In this document: one piece after another, positions 31,698 through 41,752 of the stretch
How the letters are laid out: each line of letters starts with the position of its first letter
Position numbering within the stretch: the stretch's first letter is position 1
NCBI GenBank assembly: GCA_963668645.2
Contig: CAXXWC010000010.1
Span: 256,001-320,000 of the forward strand
From: Desulfobacterales bacterium
GTDB taxonomy: Bacteria; Desulfobacterota; Desulfobacteria; Desulfobacterales; UBA2174
Direction of reading: 5' to 3'
Length of the DNA: 64,000 nt
Notes under the pieces: generated by a model
What the model was told of the DNA's origin: nothing
Databases searched by the model: none
Seen by the model: the letters and a program-made list of their open reading frames with translations, nothing else
Position numbers and translations under genes: made by a program

Positions 31698-31914
31698 GGA
31701 TCGGCGGCTCCGCTGACGATATTGCCAACCTTGCCAGCCCCCCATCGCCCGTGCTATTGAAAAGTCCGTTTCCCCCCGTCAGCCAATCCGAACAAGCCAA
31801 CCGACGATGACGTGATGAAAATGGTCCAATTTTCAACCGATCGAAGACGCCGGCAATGCATCGGACCACCCGCATTGTTGCCAGGCGCCTTTTGATCCGA
31901 CATCGGAGCCGACC

Positions 31915-32496
31915 GTGGACGATTTCAAAGTCAAAGACCTGATGGTGCCGCTTTCCGAATACGCCAGCGTTCCGGAAAGCGCGAGCCTTTACGAAGCGAT
32001 TGCGGCTCTTGAAAAGGCCCAGACCGAATTCGACCATACCAAGTACCGCCACCGGGCGGTGATGGTGCTCGATGCGGGCGGGCGCGTCATCGGCAAACTG
32101 AGCCAGCTCGATGTCCTGCGGGCCCTGGAATCGACGGTGACGCCCCCATCCCCGGGCATGGACGAGATCCTGCTTTACGGGTTCAGCCCGGGTTTCATCC
32201 GCAAATGGCGGCTCGAAAAGCGGGTCCTGCAAAGCCCGTTGACCCGGGTCTGCGGTGTGGTGGGGCAACTCAAGGCCAAAGACTTCATGCAAAGCCCCAC
32301 CGAAGGCGAATTCGTCGGCATCGACGAAAATATCGACGCCGCCATCCACCGGCTTGTCTCGGGCAGTCACCTGTCGCTTATCGTCACGGGGGCCGACGGC
32401 CAGATCGCCGGCATTTTGCGTCTTACGGATGTCTTTGCGGCTATTTTTCATGCCATGAAAGTATGCCAACTCGAAGAAGGTGAGATAGCCACATGA
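31915..32496 (+). CDS. CBS-domain protein
   Basis: VKDLMVPLSEYA..HRAVMVLD..GILRLTDVF. GTG start. Paralog of 35668..36225. Confidence 0.82.
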   Translation: MDDFKVKDLMVPLSEYASVPESASLYEAIAALEKAQTEFDHTKYRHRAVMVLDAGGRVIGKLSQLDVLRALESTVTPPSPGMDEILLYGFSPGFIRKWRLEKRVLQSPLTRVCGVVGQLKAKDFMQSPTEGEFVGIDENIDAAIHRLVSGSHLSLIVTGADGQIAGILRLTDVFAAIFHAMKVCQLEEGEIAT

Positions 32497-33914
32497 TCGA
32501 ACTGCAAAAACGCCTCGAACGCATCATCCAGCGGGTCAACATCAATCTGCGCGAGTTGGGCTACGACGCCAACCCTTATGTACGCGACCTGGTCCCGTTG
32601 ACCCAGAAAGTCAAATTCTACGCCTTTTACGGGATCACCCCCAACCATCCCCTCGACCTCCAGTTTCACGGCTCCAGCCTGGCCGGCAGCTATTTTCTGG
32701 GCCGCTGCCGGGTGCACAACTCGCTGCTCTACAAGACCGACATCCGGGGCGACGAACTGAAAAAAAAGGGCAGCCGGTTTCATTTCCAGGGCCAGGAGAT
32801 CGTCCTGACCCAGGATGAACGCTTCGACATCGAAGACTGCTACCTGATCAAGACCCTGGTCCATAACTACTCCCACGACCCGGAGACCCCGGAGCACTTT
32901 TTCATCAAGGATACCGTCTCGACCCATTATGCCAACATCCACGGCTCTCCGACGGAAGGCTGTTTTCTGGGCCCTTTTGCCACCGTCGACCTGACCACGG
33001 TCCACGACTGTGTCATCGGGCCGTTCTCCTATATCCAGGCCGGCGAGATCGGCCATCTCAACATCCCGCCCGGCACGGTCTGGGTGCGCGCACCGGGTAA
33101 ATTCAATTTCCTGTACCGCTTCCCCCCGGATGCGTTGAACGCCTATATCACCTTCGATCCCGGCACCCCGCCCCAAGGGGCCTTGATGGATTTCGCAAAT
33201 CAACGCAAGCACGAGTTCCAGCGTGTCTTCGATGTGGTCAACATCGAGCCTTCGGTGCGCGTCCCGTCCAATGCCTCCCTGGATCGCTACGCGGTGATCC
33301 GGCCCAAAACCCGCATCAGCGAAAACGTCCTGGTCGCCCAACGGGCCTTTTTGCAAAACTCCTCTCTGGGCAAGGGCGCCAACGCCCAGGAGAACTGCTA
33401 CATCATCAACTCACGGCTGGAAGGCTTCAACGTCACGGCTCACGGCGCCAAGATCATCGAGGCCGATATGGGCACCGGCGTCTTCGTCGGGTTCAACAGC
33501 TTCCTCCAGGGCCGTCCCAAGGCCCGCCTGACCATCGGTGCCGACTGCATCATCATGCCCCACACGATCATCGATATCGACGTTCCCCTGACCATCCCGC
33601 CCAACCACCTGGCCTGGGGCCTGATCCGCAACGCCGGGGAATTGGCGGCCAACAGCATGCCGCTCGAGACGCTGGCGGCCGTGGAAGACGGCTTTCACCA
33701 GGGCGACCTTTTCTTCGAGGGCAGCGGATCGGCCTTTGTCGAAGGGTTCCAGCAGCGCATCCATCACATCCTGGAAGCCAACGGCGCCTATTACGACGGG
33801 ACCGGAAACCACGGGCACGCCCAGCGCAACCAGAATCTCTCTTTCAACATCCTGCAACCTTATCCCGAAGGCCCTCTCCAGGGATTGTCACCCACCACGA
33901 TCATCCAGGATTGA
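32493..33914 (+). CDS. Uncharacterised protein with left-handed beta-helix (hexapeptide)-like segments
   Basis: Repeats such as CFLGPFATV..CVIGPFSYI and LGKGANAQENC..VFVGFNSFL..LTIGADCIIMPH. Overlaps the CBS stop (ATGA coupling). Confidence 0.65.
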   Translation: MIELQKRLERIIQRVNINLRELGYDANPYVRDLVPLTQKVKFYAFYGITPNHPLDLQFHGSSLAGSYFLGRCRVHNSLLYKTDIRGDELKKKGSRFHFQGQEIVLTQDERFDIEDCYLIKTLVHNYSHDPETPEHFFIKDTVSTHYANIHGSPTEGCFLGPFATVDLTTVHDCVIGPFSYIQAGEIGHLNIPPGTVWVRAPGKFNFLYRFPPDALNAYITFDPGTPPQGALMDFANQRKHEFQRVFDVVNIEPSVRVPSNASLDRYAVIRPKTRISENVLVAQRAFLQNSSLGKGANAQENCYIINSRLEGFNVTAHGAKIIEADMGTGVFVGFNSFLQGRPKARLTIGADCIIMPHTIIDIDVPLTIPPNHLAWGLIRNAGELAANSMPLETLAAVEDGFHQGDLFFEGSGSAFVEGFQQRIHHILEANGAYYDGTGNHGHAQRNQNLSFNILQPYPEGPLQGLSPTTIIQD

Positions 33915-34005
33915 AGGCCGGCCCTTTTCCTTTTCTTGCCACTGCAGATAAGGGTTTCCGGTGCCGCTGGACCGCAGCGCGCCGGAAACCCGTGGGCGAT
34001 TTTCC

Positions 34006-35478
34006 CTATTTGAGCGTCACCGGCATGCCCATCAGCGGCCAGAGGATGAACACGGCGAATCCGACCACCGCCATGAGGATGATGCTGGCCGGGATTCCGT
34101 AGAGGAAAAACTCGCCGGTGGTGAACTGCTTCGAGTCGTAGGCGATGGCGTTGGGCGCGGCCCCCACCAGGAGCAGAAAGGGCATGCCGGCCGTGACCAG
34201 AGAGGCGAAAAGGATCACCTCGCCGGCCACCCCGAGGTAGGGGGCGATGACCAGGGCCACCGGCAGCGAGATGGCGATGGCGGCCACGTTCATGATGAAG
34301 TTGGTCATGATCATCACGAAAAAGGCGATCCCCATAACGAAAACGAACCAGTGGCTCTCCTTGAACATGGCCAGCCAGTTGACCGCCAGCCACTTGGCCG
34401 CCCCGGTCTCCCAGAGGCAGAAACCGATGCTCATGGCCCCGGCAAAAAGCAGGATGATGTTCCAGGGAATGTCCTCCAGGTCGTCGATGTCCAGAATGCC
34501 CGTGACAAAAAAGAGGATCGAGGAGATCAGGATGATGGCGGTCTTGTCCACCGGCTTGAGGGCCGGCACGAAGGAGCGCAGCGACATCACCAGGATGCAG
34601 CCGAAGACGATCACCGCCGCCATGATCTCCTTGCGCGTGATGGGGCCCAGCTCCTTGTTGAGCTGCCGGGCCCGTTCGCGCAGCCCGGGAATCGTCGCTT
34701 TTTCCGGCTTCATCACGATCATGAAAAAGCCCCAGAGCAAAAAGGTCATCAGCCAGCCGATGGGGAACATGTAGTAGCTCAAGGTGAAGAAGCTAATCTC
34801 CTGGCCGGCGATGTCCTTGAAAAAACCCAGCGCCACCGCCCCGCGGGCCGCACCGAGCAGCGTGACGATGCTGCCGGCCCCGGCCACGTAAGCCATACCG
34901 ATGAACAACCCCTTGCCGAACTTGGTCGGCCGGTCGCCCTCGCCGTACAGGGCGTAGATCGAGACCAGGAGCGGATAGATGGTGGCCGCCACCGCCGTGT
35001 GGGCCATGATGTGGGTCAAGGCCGCGGTAACCACGAAGGCTCCCAGGTAAATCATGGAGGTTTTCTCGCCCACGATCACGAGCATCTTGTAGGCCAGACG
35101 CTTGGTCAGTCCGGTCTTGGTAAAGACCAGCCCGATCATGATCGAGGCGAAGATGAACATGACCGACGGGTCCATGAAGTCCTTGAAGGCCACCTTGGCC
35201 GGCCGGATGAGAAACAGGGCCTGGAGCACGCCGATGGCCAGGCTGGTCACGCCGATGGGCACCACCTCGAAGACCCACCAGGTGCCGGCCAGCAAAAAGA
35301 CCGCCAGTGCCCCCTTGGCCTCGCGGCCCAGCTCGAAATGCTGGCCGGCCGGATCGACCGCGTCGGGCCAGGGGGGCGAACCGTAGACCACAGCGAAAAG
35401 GATGATCCCCAGGAGCAAAAATGCGGTCTTTTTCCAGTTAAACGAAACGGCGCTTGGTGCGGTTAACTCGGTTTGCAT
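34006..35478 (-). CDS. SLC13/DASS family anion:sodium symporter
   Basis: WWVFEVVPIGVTSL, HTAVAA, IPWNIILLFAG, GAAPNAIAY; many TM helices. Confidence 0.9.
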   Translation of the reverse strand: MQTELTAPSAVSFNWKKTAFLLLGIILFAVVYGSPPWPDAVDPAGQHFELGREAKGALAVFLLAGTWWVFEVVPIGVTSLAIGVLQALFLIRPAKVAFKDFMDPSVMFIFASIMIGLVFTKTGLTKRLAYKMLVIVGEKTSMIYLGAFVVTAALTHIMAHTAVAATIYPLLVSIYALYGEGDRPTKFGKGLFIGMAYVAGAGSIVTLLGAARGAVALGFFKDIAGQEISFFTLSYYMFPIGWLMTFLLWGFFMIVMKPEKATIPGLRERARQLNKELGPITRKEIMAAVIVFGCILVMSLRSFVPALKPVDKTAIILISSILFFVTGILDIDDLEDIPWNIILLFAGAMSIGFCLWETGAAKWLAVNWLAMFKESHWFVFVMGIAFFVMIMTNFIMNVAAIAISLPVALVIAPYLGVAGEVILFASLVTAGMPFLLLVGAAPNAIAYDSKQFTTGEFFLYGIPASIILMAVVGFAVFILWPLMGMPVTLK

Positions 35479-35667
35479 GAATCCTCCTCGCTTCGGTCAT
35501 CCCGATGGCATCCTCTCGCGGCTGTCGGACCGCGGGCTGCCCAACGATGATCTGTTCGTGCAGAATAAAAAGCCCGCCACCCCTAAAAAGCGGTTTCCCC
35601 CAGGCTTTTTTTGCTCTCGGCGTTTTCGGGCGTCTTGGCGCGCAAAGAGACTGCCGTGCGGCTCTCC

Positions 35668-36225
35668 TCATCGACCTTCACAGGCTTTCATGGCATGGAA
35701 AACGGCGGCAAAAACGTCGGTCAGGCGCAGGATGCCGACGATCCGGTCCTTTTCCGTCACCAGAAGGGACTGGTGCTGGCCCGCCACCAGCAGGTGGACC
35801 GCCTTGTCCAGGGAGTCTTCGGTCTGGATAAATTCACCTTCCGTGGGCTGGTGCATGTAGCGTACGACCCGCTGTTCGGCCGCCTTGCGGCACAGGTCGT
35901 TGAACGGCAGGTCGAAGAGGTGGTACTGTTCCAGCATCGAAAGCAGGAACTTGCGGCTGAAACCGAAGTGGGTCACCCCGGTGCTGGTCTTCATCTCATC
36001 GTATTTGGGCTCCAGGGCGCGCAGCATGTCGAGCTGGCCCAGACGGCCCACCACCTTCCCGTCCCCATCGCACACCAGCACGGCCCGATGGCGGTAGCGG
36101 TTGTGATCGAACTCCTCCTGGGCCCTTTCCAGAGCCATGACAGCTTCGAAAATCGTCGCCTCCGCATCGATGACGGCATATTCGGACAGCGGCACCATCA
36201 GGTCTCGGACAAAATAGTTTTTCAT
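35668..36225 (-). CDS. CBS-domain protein
   Basis: VRDLMVPLSEYA..HRAVLV..GILRLTDVF. GAGGAG precedes ATG 36225. Confidence 0.82.
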   Translation of the reverse strand: MKNYFVRDLMVPLSEYAVIDAEATIFEAVMALERAQEEFDHNRYRHRAVLVCDGDGKVVGRLGQLDMLRALEPKYDEMKTSTGVTHFGFSRKFLLSMLEQYHLFDLPFNDLCRKAAEQRVVRYMHQPTEGEFIQTEDSLDKAVHLLVAGQHQSLLVTEKDRIVGILRLTDVFAAVFHAMKACEGR

Positions 36226-36241
36226 ACAATCCCTCCTCGCA

Positions 36242-36613
36242 TTATGGGAGCCGCCCGCAGCTGGCCTCCCGGACACTGTCACGCAACGCATCCCGATCGA
36301 AGGGCGGCATCAGATCGGCGAAAGCGCCCATCTTCATCGCCTCGATCGACAAATCGATCTGTTCTCTCTCATTGAGGGTGATCACCTGAACGGCGGGCCA
36401 TTCGGACCGGATCTGCCCCAGCAGCGACAGCCCCTGGCGACCTGGGCCGCCCAGTCCCAGAAGCACGACCTGCGGCGCATCGCGTCCCAGGGCGGCCAAG
36501 GCCTCACTTCGTTTGGCCGCCTCGCTGACGGCAAACCCGAGTTGGCGCAGATGGGTGGCGATGCTGGTGCGCAAATCAGAATCGGTTTCGATGATCAGCA
36601 CGCGTGGAAACAT
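36242..36613 (-). CDS. Atypical (pseudo-)receiver domain protein
   Basis: Receiver fold pattern (RVLII..VVLL..EAMKMGAF) with the phospho-Asp and Lys replaced. Confidence 0.72.
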   Translation of the reverse strand: MFPRVLIIETDSDLRTSIATHLRQLGFAVSEAAKRSEALAALGRDAPQVVLLGLGGPGRQGLSLLGQIRSEWPAVQVITLNEREQIDLSIEAMKMGAFADLMPPFDRDALRDSVREASCGRLP

Positions 36614-36657
36614 GGTTGCCTTTCAATACCTCGCTTGAGTCCAAGGCCCCAGGATTC

Positions 36658-36674
36658 AGCAACCGCCGTGCCAA
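36658..36674 (-). promoter_or_regulatory. sigma54 -24/-12 promoter
   Basis: Minus strand TTGGCACGGCGGTTGCT, about 45 nt upstream of ATG 36613, followed upstream by an AT-rich tract. Confidence 0.85.
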
Positions 36675-36774
36675 TTTTTTTTAACCTGATTTTTCGGTGG
36701 GTTAAGATTTTATACGAGAAACTTTTGTTTCATATTCAAACGATATAGAACACCATGAAATAAAATGAAACGTT

Positions 36775-37122
36775 TTAGATCACTTCGGCCATTTGCAGGA
36801 CGTCGCCACTGCCGAGGCGGTTGCGCCCCAACTGTTGCAGGGCGTTTTCTCCGGAACCGATGACATCGTCGATGACCTTCACCTGCTTCCAGGTCAAGTA
36901 ATCGTAATGCTCCTCCTCGATACCGCCGCAAATCACGGTGCCCACCGATTCGGTGAGCGCCAGTTGGCAGAGTTTTTCGGCCGATGCCTGGGGCATGATG
37001 AGCAGCTTGCGGTCGCGAACCACACCGCGGCCATCCATCAGGGCGATGAGCACTTCGGCCGCCAGATCGAAACGCGGCGCCACATTGTTTTCCAGCAGGG
37101 GGACCATGACCTTGCGCTGCAT
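36775..37122 (-). CDS. NifB/NifX (dinitrogenase FeMo-cofactor biosynthesis)-family protein
   Basis: VAPRFD and VICGGI motifs, 115 aa. Confidence 0.75.
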   Translation of the reverse strand: MQRKVMVPLLENNVAPRFDLAAEVLIALMDGRGVVRDRKLLIMPQASAEKLCQLALTESVGTVICGGIEEEHYDYLTWKQVKVIDDVIGSGENALQQLGRNRLGSGDVLQMAEVI

Positions 37123-38607
37123 TCAGACCTCGATGCCGAACTGGCGAATTTTGCGCCACAAGGTGCTGCGCGAACACCCGAGCATGGCCGCTGCCCGGCT
37201 GCGGTTGCCGCGTGCCTGGACCAGGGCCTCGCGGATCATGCGCGCCTCGACATCCCGCCACCTTTCAGGGCCGCTCTCGCTTTGATGGGGATCGCCGCTT
37301 TGCCTGGCAGAAGGGATCGGCGCGGGTGCCGTGGCAGGTGGGCGCGTTGCGGTGGCGGCCTTCGGGTCGGTGAGATAAGCCGGCAGGTGCGCCGGCTGAA
37401 CCCGGCGCTCCTGGCAAAGATTGGCGCAGTACTCGACGATATTTTTCAGTTCACGGACGTTGCCCGGATAATCGTAGTGCAACAGGATCTTGAGGCAACG
37501 CCCGGAAAACCCCTCGATGGAACGCCCCAGGCGCAAAGAGAGCCGTTTGATGTAATAATCGAGCAGAAGCCGCACATCGCCTTCCCGTACGCGCAAAGGC
37601 GGTATTTCCAAACGCAGCACGTTGAGCCGGTAGAAAAGATCCTGGCGGAAACGCCCCCGCCGCACCATGTCCTCAAGGTTGCGGTGGGTGGCGGCCACTA
37701 TCCGCACGTCGGCGTCATAGCCGGTGGAGCTGCCGAGGGGATAGACGATCTTGTCGTCCAGAAAGGTGAGCAGCTTGACCTGCAAGGGGATCGGCAGGTC
37801 GCCGATCTCGGTCAGATAAAGGGTCCCCCGATGGGCCACGCGAAAACGGCCGGGCCGATCTTCCACCGCTCCGGTAAAGGCCCCCTTCTTGTGGCCGAAA
37901 AGCTCCGATTCAAGCAGGGTGGCGGGCAGGGCCCCGCAGTTGATCTTCACGAAAGGCCCCTTGGCCCGTTCAGACGCTTGGTGCAGCGCCTCGGCCAGCA
38001 GGTCCTTTCCGGTGCCGGTCTCTCCGGTGATCAGCACCGATGCGTCGCTCTGGGCCACCACGGGCAGCATGGAAAAGAGCCGCCCCATCTGGGGGCTCTG
38101 GCCGATGATGTTGCCGAAGCTGTACGGTTCTCCGGAAACATGGCCCGTACCGGAGCTGCCACGCAAATCCTCGATGCTTTCCATCACCCCCAGGCGCTGG
38201 CCTTCAGGGCCGAAAAGGGGGGTGGCGGTGATGCGCACCGGAATCCGGCGCCGATCGCGGGCCAGGATGTCATCCTGGCGGCATCCGCCCTTGCTCCGAT
38301 CCCCCGGACGCCCTCCGGCGCATTGCTGAACGCAGCAACGGCTGCGCAGAACGTAGGCGCAGGGAAGTCCCACCATATGCTCTGCCCGCGCCCCGGTCAG
38401 CATTTCCAGATGCTGATTCATGAAACAGACCCGACCTTCGACGTCCACCACCAGAATCCCCATGGGCACGGCGTTGAGCAGGGCGGGCGCATCGATCCCC
38501 AGCGCCGCCAAGGCGGGATCAGTCCGGCGATCGGCAGGAGGTACCGGTGCCGGCGACCGTTTCTGCAAAGATGATTTGGAGTGGATCGATGAGCTGGCAG
38601 GGGCCAT
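37123..38607 (-). CDS. PAS-domain sigma54-dependent transcriptional activator
   Basis: GETGTGKD, ESELFGH..GAFTGA, RFRQDLFYRLNV, PGNVREL, Fis HTH. Start uncertain. Confidence 0.92.
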   Translation of the reverse strand: MAPASSSIHSKSSLQKRSPAPVPPADRRTDPALAALGIDAPALLNAVPMGILVVDVEGRVCFMNQHLEMLTGARAEHMVGLPCAYVLRSRCCVQQCAGGRPGDRSKGGCRQDDILARDRRRIPVRITATPLFGPEGQRLGVMESIEDLRGSSGTGHVSGEPYSFGNIIGQSPQMGRLFSMLPVVAQSDASVLITGETGTGKDLLAEALHQASERAKGPFVKINCGALPATLLESELFGHKKGAFTGAVEDRPGRFRVAHRGTLYLTEIGDLPIPLQVKLLTFLDDKIVYPLGSSTGYDADVRIVAATHRNLEDMVRRGRFRQDLFYRLNVLRLEIPPLRVREGDVRLLLDYYIKRLSLRLGRSIEGFSGRCLKILLHYDYPGNVRELKNIVEYCANLCQERRVQPAHLPAYLTDPKAATATRPPATAPAPIPSARQSGDPHQSESGPERWRDVEARMIREALVQARGNRSRAAAMLGCSRSTLWRKIRQFGIEV

Positions 38608-38981
38608 CGTTGGCTGATAGCGGATACTTGCACAGGCTGTCAAGATGCCCCCCGGTTATTCGCTGTTAGCCCCGCGATGGCAAGACCACCGTGGCACGGC
38701 AACGCGCCCCAAGGCCTTTTAGAAAACACGCACCTGCCGCTGTTCCGGGACCGCCCCAGTGGGGCCGCCGGCCGGCTGGAGCGCTGACCGACGTCGGCAA
38801 GAAAAGCAGCGCATGGCGGAAAAATCCAAAAAATAATGTAAACCTCAGCAAAATATGGGATAAATCTTCGTAAAATGCAGACCTTAAATTTGGCAGGAGT
38901 TGCACGAAAATGCAGAAGGGAAGCGAAAACGATCCGTCCGGCGCACCCCATCCCAGGCAATCGGCAACCGCATCTGCCGCC

Positions 38982-39569
38982 ATGGAAACGATGCTGGCCG
39001 AACTGGTCGATCTGGCCCGGCGTCTGGGCGCCAGCGACGCGGCGGTGGTCGATGCCGCCGCCATCGTCGCCGAGGAAAGGCTCGCCCGGTTCTGTCTTCC
39101 GCCCGGGTGCCCGCATTACGGCCTCTCGGCCGGCTGCCCGCCCCATGTCGGCGGTCCTCAGATGTTTCGTGACCTGCTAAAGCGCTACTGCCACGGCTTG
39201 CTGGTCAAAATCGATACGAGCGCCGAACTTCTCAGCTCCGAGGGCAGCAAAGAACTCTTTCGCCGGCTTCACCGCATCGCAGCCGGGGTCGAACGGAACG
39301 CCGCAGCCCTGGGGTGCACGGCCCCCCGGGCATTTGCCGGCGGATCGTGCCGGTCCCTTTTTTGCGAGGATCAGACCGGTTGCCGGGTGATAGACGAAGG
39401 CGGCGAGTGCCGGTACCCCGAGACGGCCAGGCCCTCCCTTTCCGGATACGGGGTAAATGTGGGCAACCTGGCCGGCCTGGCCGGATGGCAGATGCGCTGG
39501 GCCGGGCAGCGGGGCGATCCCCACGCCGGCGGTGGTGTGTCGATCTACGCCCTGATCCTGGTGGCCTGA
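38982..39569 (+). CDS. DUF2284-like predicted metal-binding protein
   Basis: C..PGCPHYG....CPP, GGSC..LFC, CRYP..ARPSL..YG. Start uncertain. Confidence 0.75.
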   Translation: METMLAELVDLARRLGASDAAVVDAAAIVAEERLARFCLPPGCPHYGLSAGCPPHVGGPQMFRDLLKRYCHGLLVKIDTSAELLSSEGSKELFRRLHRIAAGVERNAAALGCTAPRAFAGGSCRSLFCEDQTGCRVIDEGGECRYPETARPSLSGYGVNVGNLAGLAGWQMRWAGQRGDPHAGGGVSIYALILVA

Positions 39570-39591
39570 GATATTTTCTTACCGGAAGTTG

Positions 39592-40335
39592 TCACTCAAG
39601 ATAATATTCGATCGTGGTCACCACTCGGATGGTCTTCTCGCGCTGGCTTTGCTCGGCGATGCCCGGAGCCCGATCCCGTGCCAGGATAACGAAGACGCCC
39701 TGATTGGCACGGCGGATCTTGCCGATGCGGCTGCCGGCGTCGGCGGCGAATTCTTGGGCCGCCCGGCGCGCGTTGGCCGTGGCCTCGGCGATCATGGCCG
39801 GCTTGTGCTCCGAAAGGCGGGTAAACAGATAGGTGGGCGCCCCGCTCATGGGTCCTTCGCTGGAAAGGACCACGCCGGCATCCACCAGGGCCCCGATGTC
39901 CTGGCTGGCCTTTTGGATCTTCTCCGTTTCGACGCTGCGCACCATGAGGGTCTGCTGGATGATAAAACGGCTTTGCACCGGGCCGCTGCGATAGGCATTG
40001 GCGTAAAGATCCTGCACCGCCAGGCGATGCACCTGGACAGCGGCGCTATCGACGCCGTGGTCCGCAAGAAAGGCGAGCACCTTTTCCCGGCTTTCACGGA
40101 TCCGGGCCTGGGCCCGGTCCAGTTCGTCGTCGGTGGCGGCAAACTGGATCGGCCACAGGGCGATATCGGCCAGCACGTCCCGTTCGCAAACCCCCTTGAC
40201 CGTCACGAAGCGGTCCGCCGTGCGTCCTTTAAGGAAACCCTGGCCGATGAACCATCCGCCCAGAGCGACACCGGCGGCCACCAGGGCCAGTGCCCAGCCT
40301 GAAACCGGGGAACGCTTTTCCATGTCTGCCTCCAT
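39592..40335 (-). CDS. SIMPL (DUF541) domain protein
   Basis: N-terminal TM, RFVTVKG..ER.V.AD.A.WP, AEATANARRAA, ANQGVF, KTIRVVTT. Confidence 0.85.
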   Translation of the reverse strand: MEADMEKRSPVSGWALALVAAGVALGGWFIGQGFLKGRTADRFVTVKGVCERDVLADIALWPIQFAATDDELDRAQARIRESREKVLAFLADHGVDSAAVQVHRLAVQDLYANAYRSGPVQSRFIIQQTLMVRSVETEKIQKASQDIGALVDAGVVLSSEGPMSGAPTYLFTRLSEHKPAMIAEATANARRAAQEFAADAGSRIGKIRRANQGVFVILARDRAPGIAEQSQREKTIRVVTTIEYYLE

Positions 40336-40364
40336 GGCAAATCGCGGTTACAGTTAAAAACCCT

Positions 40365-41579
40365 TTACGGACGCTGCGGCGCCGCCCGCAGCAGCGCCAG
40401 CCAGAAGATGCCGGTCACTGCGGTAAGCCCGAGGGAGGCAAAAGCCAGCCCCCAACCCAACACTGTACGGCCTGCTAGATCCAGGATCACCCCGAAGACC
40501 AGCGGCGCCAGACCGGCCATGCCGAATCCGGCAAAGGAATGCAACGCCATGGTCATACCCCTGTGTGGATCATCGGCCCGGGCGACCATCCCGGCGGTCA
40601 GGGCTCCACTGTCCAGCATCACCGTCACGCCGTAGACAAAGGCCAGCAGGGCCACCAGCCCGAACGGCTGGCCGACGGCAAAACCGATAACGGCCCCCAC
40701 GATCCCGGAAAGGGTCATGTAGATACGGATCGCCCGTCTCCGGCCCCAGGCCATGGCGCCTTCATTGCCGAGGATGCTCGCCGCCACACCCACGGCCAGA
40801 ATCAAGGTGGCGATAGCCTGGACGCTCACCGAAGGGGGACTGTCCGGCCGCAGGCTGGCGCTGAACGCCAGAAAGGCCACCATCCATGAGCGGTAGCCGA
40901 ACAGCTCCCAGCAGTGCACCGCATACCCCATGACGTATCCCATGGCCGCCCGGTTGCGCAGCACCGCTACGAGCATGCGAGGATCGAGGGATTGCATCCA
41001 ACGGATCCCACTGGCGGCAGGCGGCCGCCTGGGCACGGCCACGGCGAACAGCGCCGCCGAGGCCAGGGGCCCAAGCCCGAGCACCCAGGCCGCATGGCGC
41101 CAGCCCACGGCCGGCATCAGCAGGCCAGCAAAAAAAACCGAACAGGCCGATCCGACGGCGTACGAAGAGGTATAAAAGGCGACATAGCGGCTCTGGCGCG
41201 GTCCGCCGAAGTTATCGCTCAGGGCGCGCAGGCCGGGCATGTAGGTGCCGGCCAGGCCGATGCCGGCCAGCAGTCTCAACATCGCCGCCGAAGCCGTGCC
41301 GTGGGCCAGGGCGGCGAACAGGAACATGGAAAGGGCCGCCAGCAGCACCGAAGGGATATAGATGCGGCGCGGATCGATGCGGTCGGTCAGGCTCACCAGC
41401 AGCGGCGTGGCCGCGGCGTACCCGGCGAAAAAAACCCCGTTGATCCAGCCGGCGGCCGTGCCGCTCAAGTGCCACTGGGCCTCGAAGGTCGGCTGCAGAG
41501 CCGGAAAATGCATGGTGCCGGCCATGGACAGGATCTCGGCGGCGCACAGGGCCACAACGATGCGGGGAGGTCGGCTCAC
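40365..41579 (-). CDS. MFS transporter
   Basis: About 12 TM helices, LTDRIDPRR loop, GLAGTYMPG, HCWEL. Confidence 0.88.
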   Translation of the reverse strand: MSRPPRIVVALCAAEILSMAGTMHFPALQPTFEAQWHLSGTAAGWINGVFFAGYAAATPLLVSLTDRIDPRRIYIPSVLLAALSMFLFAALAHGTASAAMLRLLAGIGLAGTYMPGLRALSDNFGGPRQSRYVAFYTSSYAVGSACSVFFAGLLMPAVGWRHAAWVLGLGPLASAALFAVAVPRRPPAASGIRWMQSLDPRMLVAVLRNRAAMGYVMGYAVHCWELFGYRSWMVAFLAFSASLRPDSPPSVSVQAIATLILAVGVAASILGNEGAMAWGRRRAIRIYMTLSGIVGAVIGFAVGQPFGLVALLAFVYGVTVMLDSGALTAGMVARADDPHRGMTMALHSFAGFGMAGLAPLVFGVILDLAGRTVLGWGLAFASLGLTAVTGIFWLALLRAAPQRP

Positions 41580-41752
41580 GCAGGAGCCTATAGCCTAGAA
41601 TCGCGACCGATGCACCCGAATTGTAGCTTCTTTGCGATGTGCCGACCTTGAAAGCGCTCCTGGCAAGCCCCATCTTCAAAAACCCGGATCCGGCGCGCCC
41701 TGCGCTTAGCGATCGCCTGCCGGATGTCCCGAACCGCCACCAGGAGGATCAA

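Noticed and set aside
36775..37122. NifX-like gene as evidence for nitrogen fixation
   Set aside because: No nif structural genes nearby, and this family is widespread outside nif clusters.
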